A stretch of DNA of 64,000 nt from Spirochaetales bacterium (GTDB lineage Bacteria; Spirochaetota; Spirochaetia; JABMQR01), in the NCBI GenBank assembly GCA_018399255.1, contig JAGYPA010000017.1:6130-70129 (forward strand), read 5' to 3'. The translations under genes and the position numbers were made by a program. Each line of letters opens with the position of its first letter. Within the stretch, counting starts at the first letter, position 1. The notes below the pieces were generated by a model. The model was not told the DNA's origin. It did no database searches and was given only the letters and a program-made list of their open reading frames with translations. Of the stretch, positions 19,984 through 27,801 are shown piece by piece.

Positions 19984-21480
19984 CTACTGAGCCTTTATGT
20001 TCTTAACCGCGGTATCTAAGTCTTCTCGCTGTATTACCTGGAGAGGGATCGGCCTGCTGCTGTCGGAGCAGTTTATGATCAGACGATGATGAATACCCAG
20101 CCGTATTGAATAAAAATCCCCGCCCCCCCCAGTTTTCAACTTCTTTGTCTGCTTGAATACCTCCCTGTTGCGGGTACAGAAACCGGTAAAGGATTCGACA
20201 GCCTTTTTTTTGACTCCCGGTTCAAGCATCTCCAGTGATTTCTGAAACTTCTCAGGGAATACCGGAATGCAAAAAGGGAGAGTTCCCATCTCCGACTCTC
20301 GCAGGTCTTCCTCAACGTTTTCCCTCAGGTCCTGGTCATCACTATCCTGTATCTGCGACTCCCGAACCTGAGTTCTGAGCTCCCGGAAAGATTCCTGTTT
20401 TGTGCTGATAATCTGTTTCAGATGGGCTATCTTTTCCCTGCTCCTTTTGATCGCGTCATCATCAGCATGAATTCTCTGAGGGTGCTGCTCGCTAGACTCT
20501 ATTCTGTTCTGCAGCAGGGTTATTTTTTTCTTTTGCGCGGCACTCTCAGCATGTGCTTCCCGTAACTCCTTCTTCAGCTCCTGCATTTCTTCCCTGATAA
20601 ATTCATCCGGTTCTCGGTCATCGTCTTCATCGGCCAGGTCCTGATACAGATCCATAACGGCGAGAGCGGGATCTTCCCAGTAGTCAATGTCAAGATCTGA
20701 ATAGATTTCCATGATATCCTCGTGCATCGATTCAATATCAAAAAATCTCTCAGGAGAGGTTGCTGTCACAGCCCTGAACAGCAGCACGGCTATTCCAGGA
20801 TAGTGATGCCTGATGGTGTAAAACAGGTCGATAACTTCTTCAAGCTCCTCAATTCCCCGCACACATACCTGTTCGATATAATCCAACACTGCACCGGTAT
20901 TCTTTCGATAGAGGCTGCAGAGGAATTCTACCTTTTTGTAATCATTGCTTTCGGTATTGAAAAACAGTTTCAGAATCCGGGGAGCGAATTCAAACCGGTT
21001 GTCATAATTTATATGAAAGGCTGCATCCATTATCCAGTTATCAAAGGCATCATCCATTTCCGGCAGGGTGATTTTACGGTTTCGCAATCGCAAGGTTTCT
21101 TTTCTGCCCGGTAAAATTCCGTTGGTATCCTCATAAAACCTTCTCAGTTCAACAAGAAAATGGAGGGCGAGGAGAATATCTGAGTGAAGAGCAGTTTTAA
21201 AAGCTGCCGCTGCCTGATCTTTCGTCATGTTCTGCACATCAAGATCCTGCAGCTCGATGAGTGACATTTCCCGAATTTCCCTCACACTGAATGCTGCTAC
21301 ATTGTCTTTTTTCAGCTGATAGTTGTGCTCATGGGCAGTAACATAATGAGAACCCGGCAGAATCCCTCCAAGGCAGCAGTTTTTGTACTTTTTGCCGCTG
21401 CCGCAGGGGCAGGGATCGTTGCGTCCTACCTTTTTCTCTTTTCTTACCAGAGGTTCTTCAGGGAAATAATCTTCATTCAT
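19984..21480 (-). CDS. SEC-C metal-binding protein with helical/coiled-coil middle and RelE/ParE-like C-terminal domain
   Basis: [20 protein letters not shown] (SEC-C); coiled coil [12 protein letters not shown]...; C-terminus [14 protein letters not shown]...TKKLK...[13 protein letters not shown]. Start trimmed to MNEDYF. Confidence 0.8.
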   Translation of the reverse strand: MNEDYFPEEPLVRKEKKVGRNDPCPCGSGKKYKNCCLGGILPGSHYVTAHEHNYQLKKDNVAAFSVREIREMSLIELQDLDVQNMTKDQAAAAFKTALHSDILLALHFLVELRRFYEDTNGILPGRKETLRLRNRKITLPEMDDAFDNWIMDAAFHINYDNRFEFAPRILKLFFNTESNDYKKVEFLCSLYRKNTGAVLDYIEQVCVRGIEELEEVIDLFYTIRHHYPGIAVLLFRAVTATSPERFFDIESMHEDIMEIYSDLDIDYWEDPALAVMDLYQDLADEDDDREPDEFIREEMQELKKELREAHAESAAQKKKITLLQNRIESSEQHPQRIHADDDAIKRSREKIAHLKQIISTKQESFRELRTQVRESQIQDSDDQDLRENVEEDLRESEMGTLPFCIPVFPEKFQKSLEMLEPGVKKKAVESFTGFCTRNREVFKQTKKLKTGGGGDFYSIRLGIHHRLIINCSDSSRPIPLQVIQREDLDTAVKNIKAQ

Positions 21481-21554
21481 TGCCCTATCATATCGATCTG
21501 CTGCAAAAACAGCAATAATGTCGCTGGCAAAGATGTCCACAAGTAACAGCGAAC

Positions 21555-21595
21555 GGGCAGCAAGACTGCTGGAGGGCAGCAAGACTGCTGGAGGG
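21555..21595. repeat. 19-bp tandem repeat GGGCAGCAAGACTGCTGGA x2
   Basis: Directly visible; same unit as 22497-22587. Confidence 0.9.
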
Positions 21596-21983
21596 TGTAA
21601 GTGCCCGAATTAATTTGACCCAAATACCCACATTGTTTTAAATCGAAAATCCTTCAGTAGTTGCTAAAATCCCGAGATATTATCAACTTTCTCTTTACCC
21701 GCATATTTTTACCGAACGACCATAGCGCGGGCATACACGTCCTGATGCAGCAGCACAAGAAAACGGCAGCCCTCAGGCTGCCTTAAGCGCCCGGCGGGCG
21801 CTCAGAAGCGGTGGAAATCCGATTTCTATGGGAAATCCGATTTCCTCCTTCTTTTTTGGGAAATCCTGTCATGACTGCAAAGGAGGGCAGGATTTCATGG
21901 GTTTGCAGGGTTGCATAGGAGGCTATGATTGAAAAAAGAAGGGCAATAAAAGCAGCTGATGGGAAGAGAAACCCGGTTAAGTC

Positions 21984-22110
21984 CGGCTCAATATACACAT
22001 GTCGCACGAGTAGCCGGAAGGAAGCAAATAAGGTTTTGCAGGGTAAGGAGCTGCTGAGAGGGTCACGAAAACCTTAAGCCTGGCTCAAAACACACGTGTC
22101 GCACGAGGAG
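21984..22110 (+). repeat. Two direct copies (97 bp apart) of the ~30-bp ACACATGTCGCAYGAG motif
   Basis: CGGCTCAATATACACATGTCGCACGAGTAG (21984-22013) and TGGCTCAAAACACACGTGTCGCACGAGGAG (22081-22110). Confidence 0.7.
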
Positions 22111-22496
22111 GAGGGGGCGGAATTATGCAAGGGACAGGGGCAAATAAACTATATCTTCCCATGCCGGCTGAATGTTCCTTCAGTTTTGCAGCAAGGACAG
22201 ATCAACCCCCTGACAAAAGCCTTGCAGTCAGGGTAGCGTGATTCAAAGCAGTAATTTTCTTTTGTGGTTCTTAAGCAAATTATCGCTTTATTTGGAGACC
22301 CGGTCAAACCTGAGGCTCTTGCAAAAAGCAAGAGCGACGTTTTGGAGCTAATATTCAAAAATGTGAAGCATTTTGAAATTGGCTCAACTGTCAAAAGAAT
22401 TATGCCCGGTCTCTTTTCTCCTTTCTTAATACTACCAAGAATTTTAATACGGGTATTTCTCTCATTTCAAGTCCTTTTTTTGCGGGATTCTACAGA

Positions 22497-22587
22497 GGGC
22501 AGCAAGACTGCTGGAGGGCAGCAAGACTGCTGGAGGGCAGCAAGTCTGCTGGAGGGCAGTAAGACTGCCGGAGGGCAGCAAGACTGC
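22497..22587. repeat. 19-bp tandem repeat GGGCAGCAAGACTGCTGGA, about 5 copies
   Basis: Directly visible with single-base variants; no spacers. Confidence 0.95.
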
Positions 22588-22627
22588 AGCCAGGCTTTGC
22601 CAGCTCAGGTAAAGTCCGGTAAAATTA

Positions 22628-23026
22628 TCAGGCAAGCTCGGCGGTTTCCCGTTTGATCCTTTCGTAAATATTTCGCGCTTCGATAATAAAATCGTACGCA
22701 TCCTCATAAGAGGGCATTCCATCGGGCAGTAAGCCCAGGTCTGATGGATATCTTGCCTCTATATAGGTTTCATTGATCATCTTGAAAGTTTCCATATTAA
22801 TGTCTAGCTTCAGATAGTTCCTCACTGTACCATATAATTTGATCAAATTATGTATTTTAGGAATTTCATTTGTTTTCAAGATGATCAATGCCTTAAACGA
22901 TTTCTCAACGCATTGATGACAGTGGAAGGTAACATTGTTGGTCAAGTCAGGATCTGTTAGAATCAATTCTGCTGTTTTTAAATCTTTTTCTGCAAAACGC
23001 AGCCATTCATCAACGAGTTGTTTCAT
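22628..23026 (-). CDS. HEPN domain protein
   Basis: EWLRFAEKDL, FHCHQCVEKSFKA, PKIHNLIKL, YIEARYP. Confidence 0.9.
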   Translation of the reverse strand: MKQLVDEWLRFAEKDLKTAELILTDPDLTNNVTFHCHQCVEKSFKALIILKTNEIPKIHNLIKLYGTVRNYLKLDINMETFKMINETYIEARYPSDLGLLPDGMPSYEDAYDFIIEARNIYERIKRETAELA

Positions 23027-23354
23027 AAAGCACTTTCCCTTTTTCTATTTCCCTGATGAATGGATGATTAACTTCACATGATTTTTCATATTCTGTTCTG
23101 GTATAAACCACCAGGTCAATGGGTACTTCATAGCTGATATCCAGTATCGCATTTCTCACTAATAATTTATTTTTTATTCTTTCCCGGTAGTTCTGAGGGA
23201 TTTCAAAGCTGTTCAGAATAACAGCCAGATCAATATCACTATCTTTATGTTCATTGCGCTCGGATAATGAGCCAAACAGAACTATTTTATATACGTCAAT
23301 GCCCTTCAGGGCATTAATAATTATTGGCAGGTAGTGGTTCAGTGACATTTCCAT
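23010..23354 (-). CDS. Minimal nucleotidyltransferase (MNT), partner of the HEPN protein
   Basis: IVLFGSL...DSDIDLAVI, PIDLVVYT, IEKGKVLYE; overlaps the HEPN start. Confidence 0.9.
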   Translation of the reverse strand: MEMSLNHYLPIIINALKGIDVYKIVLFGSLSERNEHKDSDIDLAVILNSFEIPQNYRERIKNKLLVRNAILDISYEVPIDLVVYTRTEYEKSCEVNHPFIREIEKGKVLYETTR

Positions 23355-23444
23355 GAATCTATCTTACCGCAGATTATAATGCCTGTCATCAGCTATATCC
23401 CGGTGGAGAGCACAGGTGCACGGAAAAAGTGTGTCTGTGAGATT

Positions 23445-23507
23445 GGTGTCTGACACCGTATCCCGCAAAAAAAACCTGTTAAATTGCGGGATCCGGTACC
23501 AGACATC
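23445..23507 (+). repeat. 63-bp hairpin element, copy B, followed by an (AAACACCG)n expansion to ~23540
   Basis: 24-bp arms GGTGTCTGACACCGTATCCCGCAA and TTGCGGGATCCGGTACCAGACATC are complementary at 20 of 24 positions. Confidence 0.88.
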
Positions 23508-23711
23508 CAAACACCGAAACACCGAAACACCGAAACACCCTTACCATTGTTAACGAAAGTTCTTTATGATACGGTAGGCTTGCGACAGGGTATTCGGAAG
23601 CCCCCATTGGAATGTGGTACGGCTGATTGTAGAGGTATAGCATTGCACTTGCCGTAAGACAGCTGGATTACCGTTTACCGTAACACTATCTGTTTGGAGA
23701 AAAGTTGAGAT

Positions 23712-24869
23712 ATGCAAGTAGGATGCACAAAGAAACTGTTGGATTATATGGGCTTGAAGGCTGAACCTGCTGACCCGGAAGCGGATCCCGTATTGAGCTG
23801 GAGTGCCAATAGCATTACGATCAACCACCGCCGGGCCATCATCGCCGGCAACGACTCATCACGATATGGATTCATATTGTACGGCATCAAGAGTAAGGAT
23901 AAAAAGAACTTGGGAAGGCTGCTTCTTGATGGAGTACGTGCATGCCTGGAAGCCGAGTGCATAGCCCCTGAACTCATACACAGGTATATGGACGATTGCG
24001 GGGCAAATGTCACCTTCACAAAGACACCCGGCAGCTCTGTAGTGGCAAGACTGAACAAACTATGTCTTAGTGCGTCATATATTGCAGAACTGCTGACCAC
24101 TGAACAACTGTTTCAGCAGCAGATATTACTGAGATTCAATAACGATTACATTACAAGTAAAAGCGAACCCCCAGGAGATTACAAAAACGGCCCTGCAAGC
24201 GAATCCCCAGGAGATCGCAAAAGGATTTATCACAACGTATACACGAAATTTGCCGATGACATTTCCCAGCGGTATGGTGCTCACCCGTATGGCTGCAATG
24301 CAGTTGAGCTCGAGGTGGAGCTCGAGTTGGAAAGCCTGTGCCGCAGGCGGATCATCGTCCCCTCCGGCTATACCTTCCGGCAGTTACATCTTGTTCTCCA
24401 AAACCTTTTCTGCTGGCAGCGCTGCCATCTGCATGAATTCTCGATAGAACGCTATCCGAACGGCCGGTTGAAGCACACGCTGGTCGGACATCCTCAGGAG
24501 TTTGATCTGGAAGGTGAGACCACACAACCGGATAGTTCAGTGCAGCTCTCCGAAATATTCCCACACTATGATCACATCATCTACACCTATGATTACGGGG
24601 ATGACTGGACCCATCACATCCGGTTTGTTGGCATCATCAACAATTATGATAAGAATCATGCGGTATGCCTCAGCGGAGAGGGCGATGCTCCCCCTGAGGA
24701 TGTGGGAGGAGCTCCCGGGTATGCCCGGCTGCTTCAGGTTCTGGCAGATCCTGAAGATCCTGACTATGACAACCTGAAGGCATGGTACGAATGGATGCAC
24801 TGCAGACCTTTCGATCTGGACAGGGTGAACAGCGCCTTACAGCACTGCGTGAGATCGTATGATTACTGA
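23712..24869 (+). CDS. Plasmid pRiA4b ORF-3 family protein with N-terminal DUF6933-like domain
   Basis: N-terminal CTKKLLD...WSAN...NDSSRY; C-terminal RRIIVPSGYTFRQLHLVLQNLFCWQRCHLHEF, YTYDYGDDWTH, GEGDAPPEDVGGAPGY. Confidence 0.85.
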   Translation: MQVGCTKKLLDYMGLKAEPADPEADPVLSWSANSITINHRRAIIAGNDSSRYGFILYGIKSKDKKNLGRLLLDGVRACLEAECIAPELIHRYMDDCGANVTFTKTPGSSVVARLNKLCLSASYIAELLTTEQLFQQQILLRFNNDYITSKSEPPGDYKNGPASESPGDRKRIYHNVYTKFADDISQRYGAHPYGCNAVELEVELELESLCRRRIIVPSGYTFRQLHLVLQNLFCWQRCHLHEFSIERYPNGRLKHTLVGHPQEFDLEGETTQPDSSVQLSEIFPHYDHIIYTYDYGDDWTHHIRFVGIINNYDKNHAVCLSGEGDAPPEDVGGAPGYARLLQVLADPEDPDYDNLKAWYEWMHCRPFDLDRVNSALQHCVRSYDY

Positions 24870-25029
24870 TAATACGATAACAGACGAACACAGCCGAATC
24901 AGCGCGCCCAGCGGAACATAGCAAGCAAGGCCAAACACAGCGCGCCCAGCGAACACAGCCGGCCCCATAAAGATTGACCGGCTGCCTGCCGGTGCGGTAT
25001 ACTCAGCGTTGTATGAGAGGGGCGTATAC

Positions 25030-26175
25030 ATGAAAATTCTCGTAACCGGGGCGGCCGGATTTATCGGCTTTCACCTTTCCAGAAAATTACTCGAAAACTC
25101 CCGTGAAATAATCGGGATTGATAACCTGAACACCTATTACGATCCGGCGCTCAAACAGTCGAGACTCCAGCAATTGGAGCAGTACCCGGAATTTACCTTT
25201 CAGAAGGTTGATATAAAAGACAAGGCAGCCGTAGACACCCTCTTCGAAACGCATCGGCCCACACACGTCATCAACCTGGCAGCTCAAGCCGGCGTGCGCT
25301 ACTCAATCGATAACCCCTACGCCTATGTGGATTCAAACCTCATTGGCTTCGTGAATATCCTCGAAGCCTGCAGAAACAACCCGGTAGAGCACCTGCTCTA
25401 TGCATCCTCCAGCTCCGTCTATGGGGGCAATACCGTCGTACCGTTTTCTACCGACCACAATGTTGATCACCCCGTCTCGCTCTACGCGGCCACAAAGAAA
25501 GCCAATGAACTGATGGCCCACACCTACAGCCACCTCTATGGCATCCCCACTACCGGACTCCGCTTCTTCACCGTATACGGACCCTACGGCAGACCCGATA
25601 TGGCCTACTACTCATTTACCAAAGACATCCTTGCCGGAGTCCCCATCAAAGTCTTCAACCACGGAAAGATGGAGCGGGACTTCACCTATATTGATGACAT
25701 TGTTGAAGGCATCGTGAAGCTTATCGATAAACCGCCGTCCGCCGGCAAAAAGCGGGACGGAACACGGAACAAGAGAGTGGACGATACCCGAAATGATGGC
25801 CGGAATGTAAGCTTGGACGATGGCCAGAAAGAGAGCCGGAATGCAAGCTTGGACGATGGCCAGAAAGAGAGCCGGGATGATGCGAATGCCAGCTTCGCTC
25901 CCTACAAGATATATAACATCGGAAACAGCAAGCCCGTGCCGCTGATGAGATTTATCAGCGCCCTGGAAACCGCCCTGGGCAGAGAGGCTGATAAAATCTA
26001 TCTGGACATGCAGCCGGGAGATGTCCCGAGGACCTACGCCGACGTCTCAGAGCTTGAACGGGACATCGGCTTCAGACCCTCGACCGCCATCGAGGACGGA
26101 CTTGCACGCTTCGTCGACTGGTACCTCGAATACCATCAGATTGAGAAAAAAACCGCACTTTCACACAAAGGATAA
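25030..26175 (+). CDS. NAD-dependent epimerase, UDP-glucuronate 4-epimerase type, with a repeat-derived loop insertion
   Basis: MKILVTGAAGFIGFH, NLAAQAGVRYS, YASSSSVYG, YAATKKANE, RFFTVYGPYGRPDMA, MQPGDV. Confidence 0.92.
   Translation: MKILVTGAAGFIGFHLSRKLLENSREIIGIDNLNTYYDPALKQSRLQQLEQYPEFTFQKVDIKDKAAVDTLFETHRPTHVINLAAQAGVRYSIDNPYAYVDSNLIGFVNILEACRNNPVEHLLYASSSSVYGGNTVVPFSTDHNVDHPVSLYAATKKANELMAHTYSHLYGIPTTGLRFFTVYGPYGRPDMAYYSFTKDILAGVPIKVFNHGKMERDFTYIDDIVEGIVKLIDKPPSAGKKRDGTRNKRVDDTRNDGRNVSLDDGQKESRNASLDDGQKESRDDANASFAPYKIYNIGNSKPVPLMRFISALETALGREADKIYLDMQPGDVPRTYADVSELERDIGFRPSTAIEDGLARFVDWYLEYHQIEKKTALSHKG
25800..25871 (+). repeat. In-frame 36-bp tandem duplication inside the epimerase
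   Basis: CCGGAATGYAAGCTTGGACGATGGCCAGAAAGAGAG x2 (RN(V/A)SLDDGQKES). Confidence 0.95.
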
Positions 26176-26228
26176 GACAAGCAAAGGGTACCCGACCAAG
26201 GGACAATACTGACAAGGGGTAAAAAACA

Positions 26229-27395
26229 ATGAAAATAACAATTGCCGGAACCGGCTACGTAGGCCTCTCTAACGCCATTCTGCTCGCTCAGCATAATGAA
26301 GTCATCGCCCTCGATATCATCAAGGAAAAAGTTGCGCTGATAAACCAGAGGAAATCACCCGTCATCGATCCCGAAATAGAAGAGTACCTGGCCGAAAAGG
26401 ACCTGAACCTGAGAGCGACAAACGATAACTACGAAGCCTTCAAGGATGCCGAATATATCATAGTCTCAACCCAGACAAACTACGACCCGGAAAAAAACTA
26501 CTTCAACACCAGAAGCGTAGAAGCTGTCATAGCCAATGTCCTGTCGATAAACCCCGATGCAATAATGGTGATCAAATCAACCGTACCGGTAGGCTACACA
26601 GAGGCGATCAAGGAAAAATTCGAAACAGACAATGTCATCTTCAGCCCGGAGTTTCTGAGGGAGGGCAAAGCCCTATACGACAACCTCCACCCCTCGAGAA
26701 TCGTCGTCGGCGAGCAGTCCGAACGGGCGAGAGTGTTTGCCGGGCTTCTGGCACAGGGGGCCATCAAAAAAGACATCCCGATACTCTACACCAATCCCAC
26801 CGAGGCCGAAGCCATCAAACTCTTTGCCAACACCTACCTTGCCCTGCGTGTGGCCTATTTTAACGAGCTCGACTCCTATGCAGAAATGCGCGGCCTCGAT
26901 ACCCGGCAGATAATTGAAGGAGTAGGCCTGGATCCCCGCATCGGCACCCACTACAACAACCCCTCCTTCGGGTATGGCGGATACTGCCTGCCGAAGGATA
27001 CAAAACAGCTGCTCGCCAACTATCAGGATGTACCCCAGAACATCATGTCAGCAATCGTAGATGCCAACCGCACGCGAAAAGACCATGTAGCAGACATGAT
27101 CATAAACAGGAACCCGAAGACCGTAGGCATCTACCGACTCACCATGAAAATGGATTCTGACAACTTCCGCCAGTCAGCAATCCAGGGAATAATGAAGCGA
27201 ATCAAAGCCAAAGGCATCGAGACCGTCGTCTACGAGCCAGCCCTCGAGGGAGACGAGTTCTACCGGTCAAGAGTAATAAAAAACATAGACGAGTTTAAGA
27301 AAATCTCCGATGTCATCGTGACCAACAGATTATCACCGGAAATTGCCGACGTGGCAGACAAAGTCTACACCCGGGACCTCTTCAGCCGGGACTGA
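26229..27395 (+). CDS. ugd: UDP-glucose 6-dehydrogenase
   Basis: [27 protein letters not shown], catalytic [13 protein letters not shown]-terminal KVYTRDLF; 388 aa. Confidence 0.95.
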   Translation: MKITIAGTGYVGLSNAILLAQHNEVIALDIIKEKVALINQRKSPVIDPEIEEYLAEKDLNLRATNDNYEAFKDAEYIIVSTQTNYDPEKNYFNTRSVEAVIANVLSINPDAIMVIKSTVPVGYTEAIKEKFETDNVIFSPEFLREGKALYDNLHPSRIVVGEQSERARVFAGLLAQGAIKKDIPILYTNPTEAEAIKLFANTYLALRVAYFNELDSYAEMRGLDTRQIIEGVGLDPRIGTHYNNPSFGYGGYCLPKDTKQLLANYQDVPQNIMSAIVDANRTRKDHVADMIINRNPKTVGIYRLTMKMDSDNFRQSAIQGIMKRIKAKGIETVVYEPALEGDEFYRSRVIKNIDEFKKISDVIVTNRLSPEIADVADKVYTRDLFSRD

Positions 27396-27450
27396 GAAGG
27401 GCGGAGGGAGGGATCCGGTATTTGGGATCCGGCATCTAGGGTGATGAGAG

Positions 27451-27513
27451 GGTGTCTGACACCGTATTCCTCAAAAACACCGGGTTAAATTGCGGAATCC
27501 GGTGTCAAACACC
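27451..27513 (+). repeat. 63-bp hairpin element, copy C (best preserved)
   Basis: Arms GGTGTCTGACACCGTATTCCTCAA and TTGCGGAATCCGGTGTCAAACACC are complementary at 21 of 24 positions. Confidence 0.9.
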
Positions 27514-27582
27514 AAAACACAATTAACGAGCGTAAGATCCATTGATACAGTGTGATGCCTATGGGGGCTACCACCACTCGGG

Positions 27583-27681
27583 TCAGGCTGACTCAATATC
27601 ATCAGGAGAAAGTGAGGTTTCCTTGTTAAGGATTGGGGTATGTAAAACCAGCTTGCCTATGTTGTGCAGCAAATCGATGAC
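27583..27681 (-). pseudogene. HD-GYP domain remnant
   Basis: Manual translation VIDLLHNIGKLVLHTPILNKETSLSPDDIESA* resembles the LLHDIGK...ILNK...L...E motif of HD-GYP proteins. Confidence 0.55.
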
Positions 27682-27801
27682 TTTCCAACCCCAGCTGCCC
27701 CATCCCAGCCCCCCTGGATAGTCACTCCCGCATCAGGCGCTTATAAGCGTAAACGCCCCGCACGTAATTGATTTTTGATCAAATTCGTTCTATAAACCGT
27801 T

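Noticed and set aside
19984..21582. secA gene, suggested by the SEC-C motif
   Set aside because: The motif is N-terminal and there are no helicase/ATPase motifs; the upstream ORF extension to 21582 runs through a tandem repeat.
22264..22722. ORFs 22264-22656 (+) and 22462-22722 (-)
   Set aside because: They are largely translations of the 19-bp repeat, with no RBS or family motif.
19912..27513. Integron attC sites as the identity of the 63-bp elements
   Set aside because: The ends lack the RYYYAAC...GTTRRRY boxes, flanking genes are in mixed orientation, and no integron integrase is in the window.
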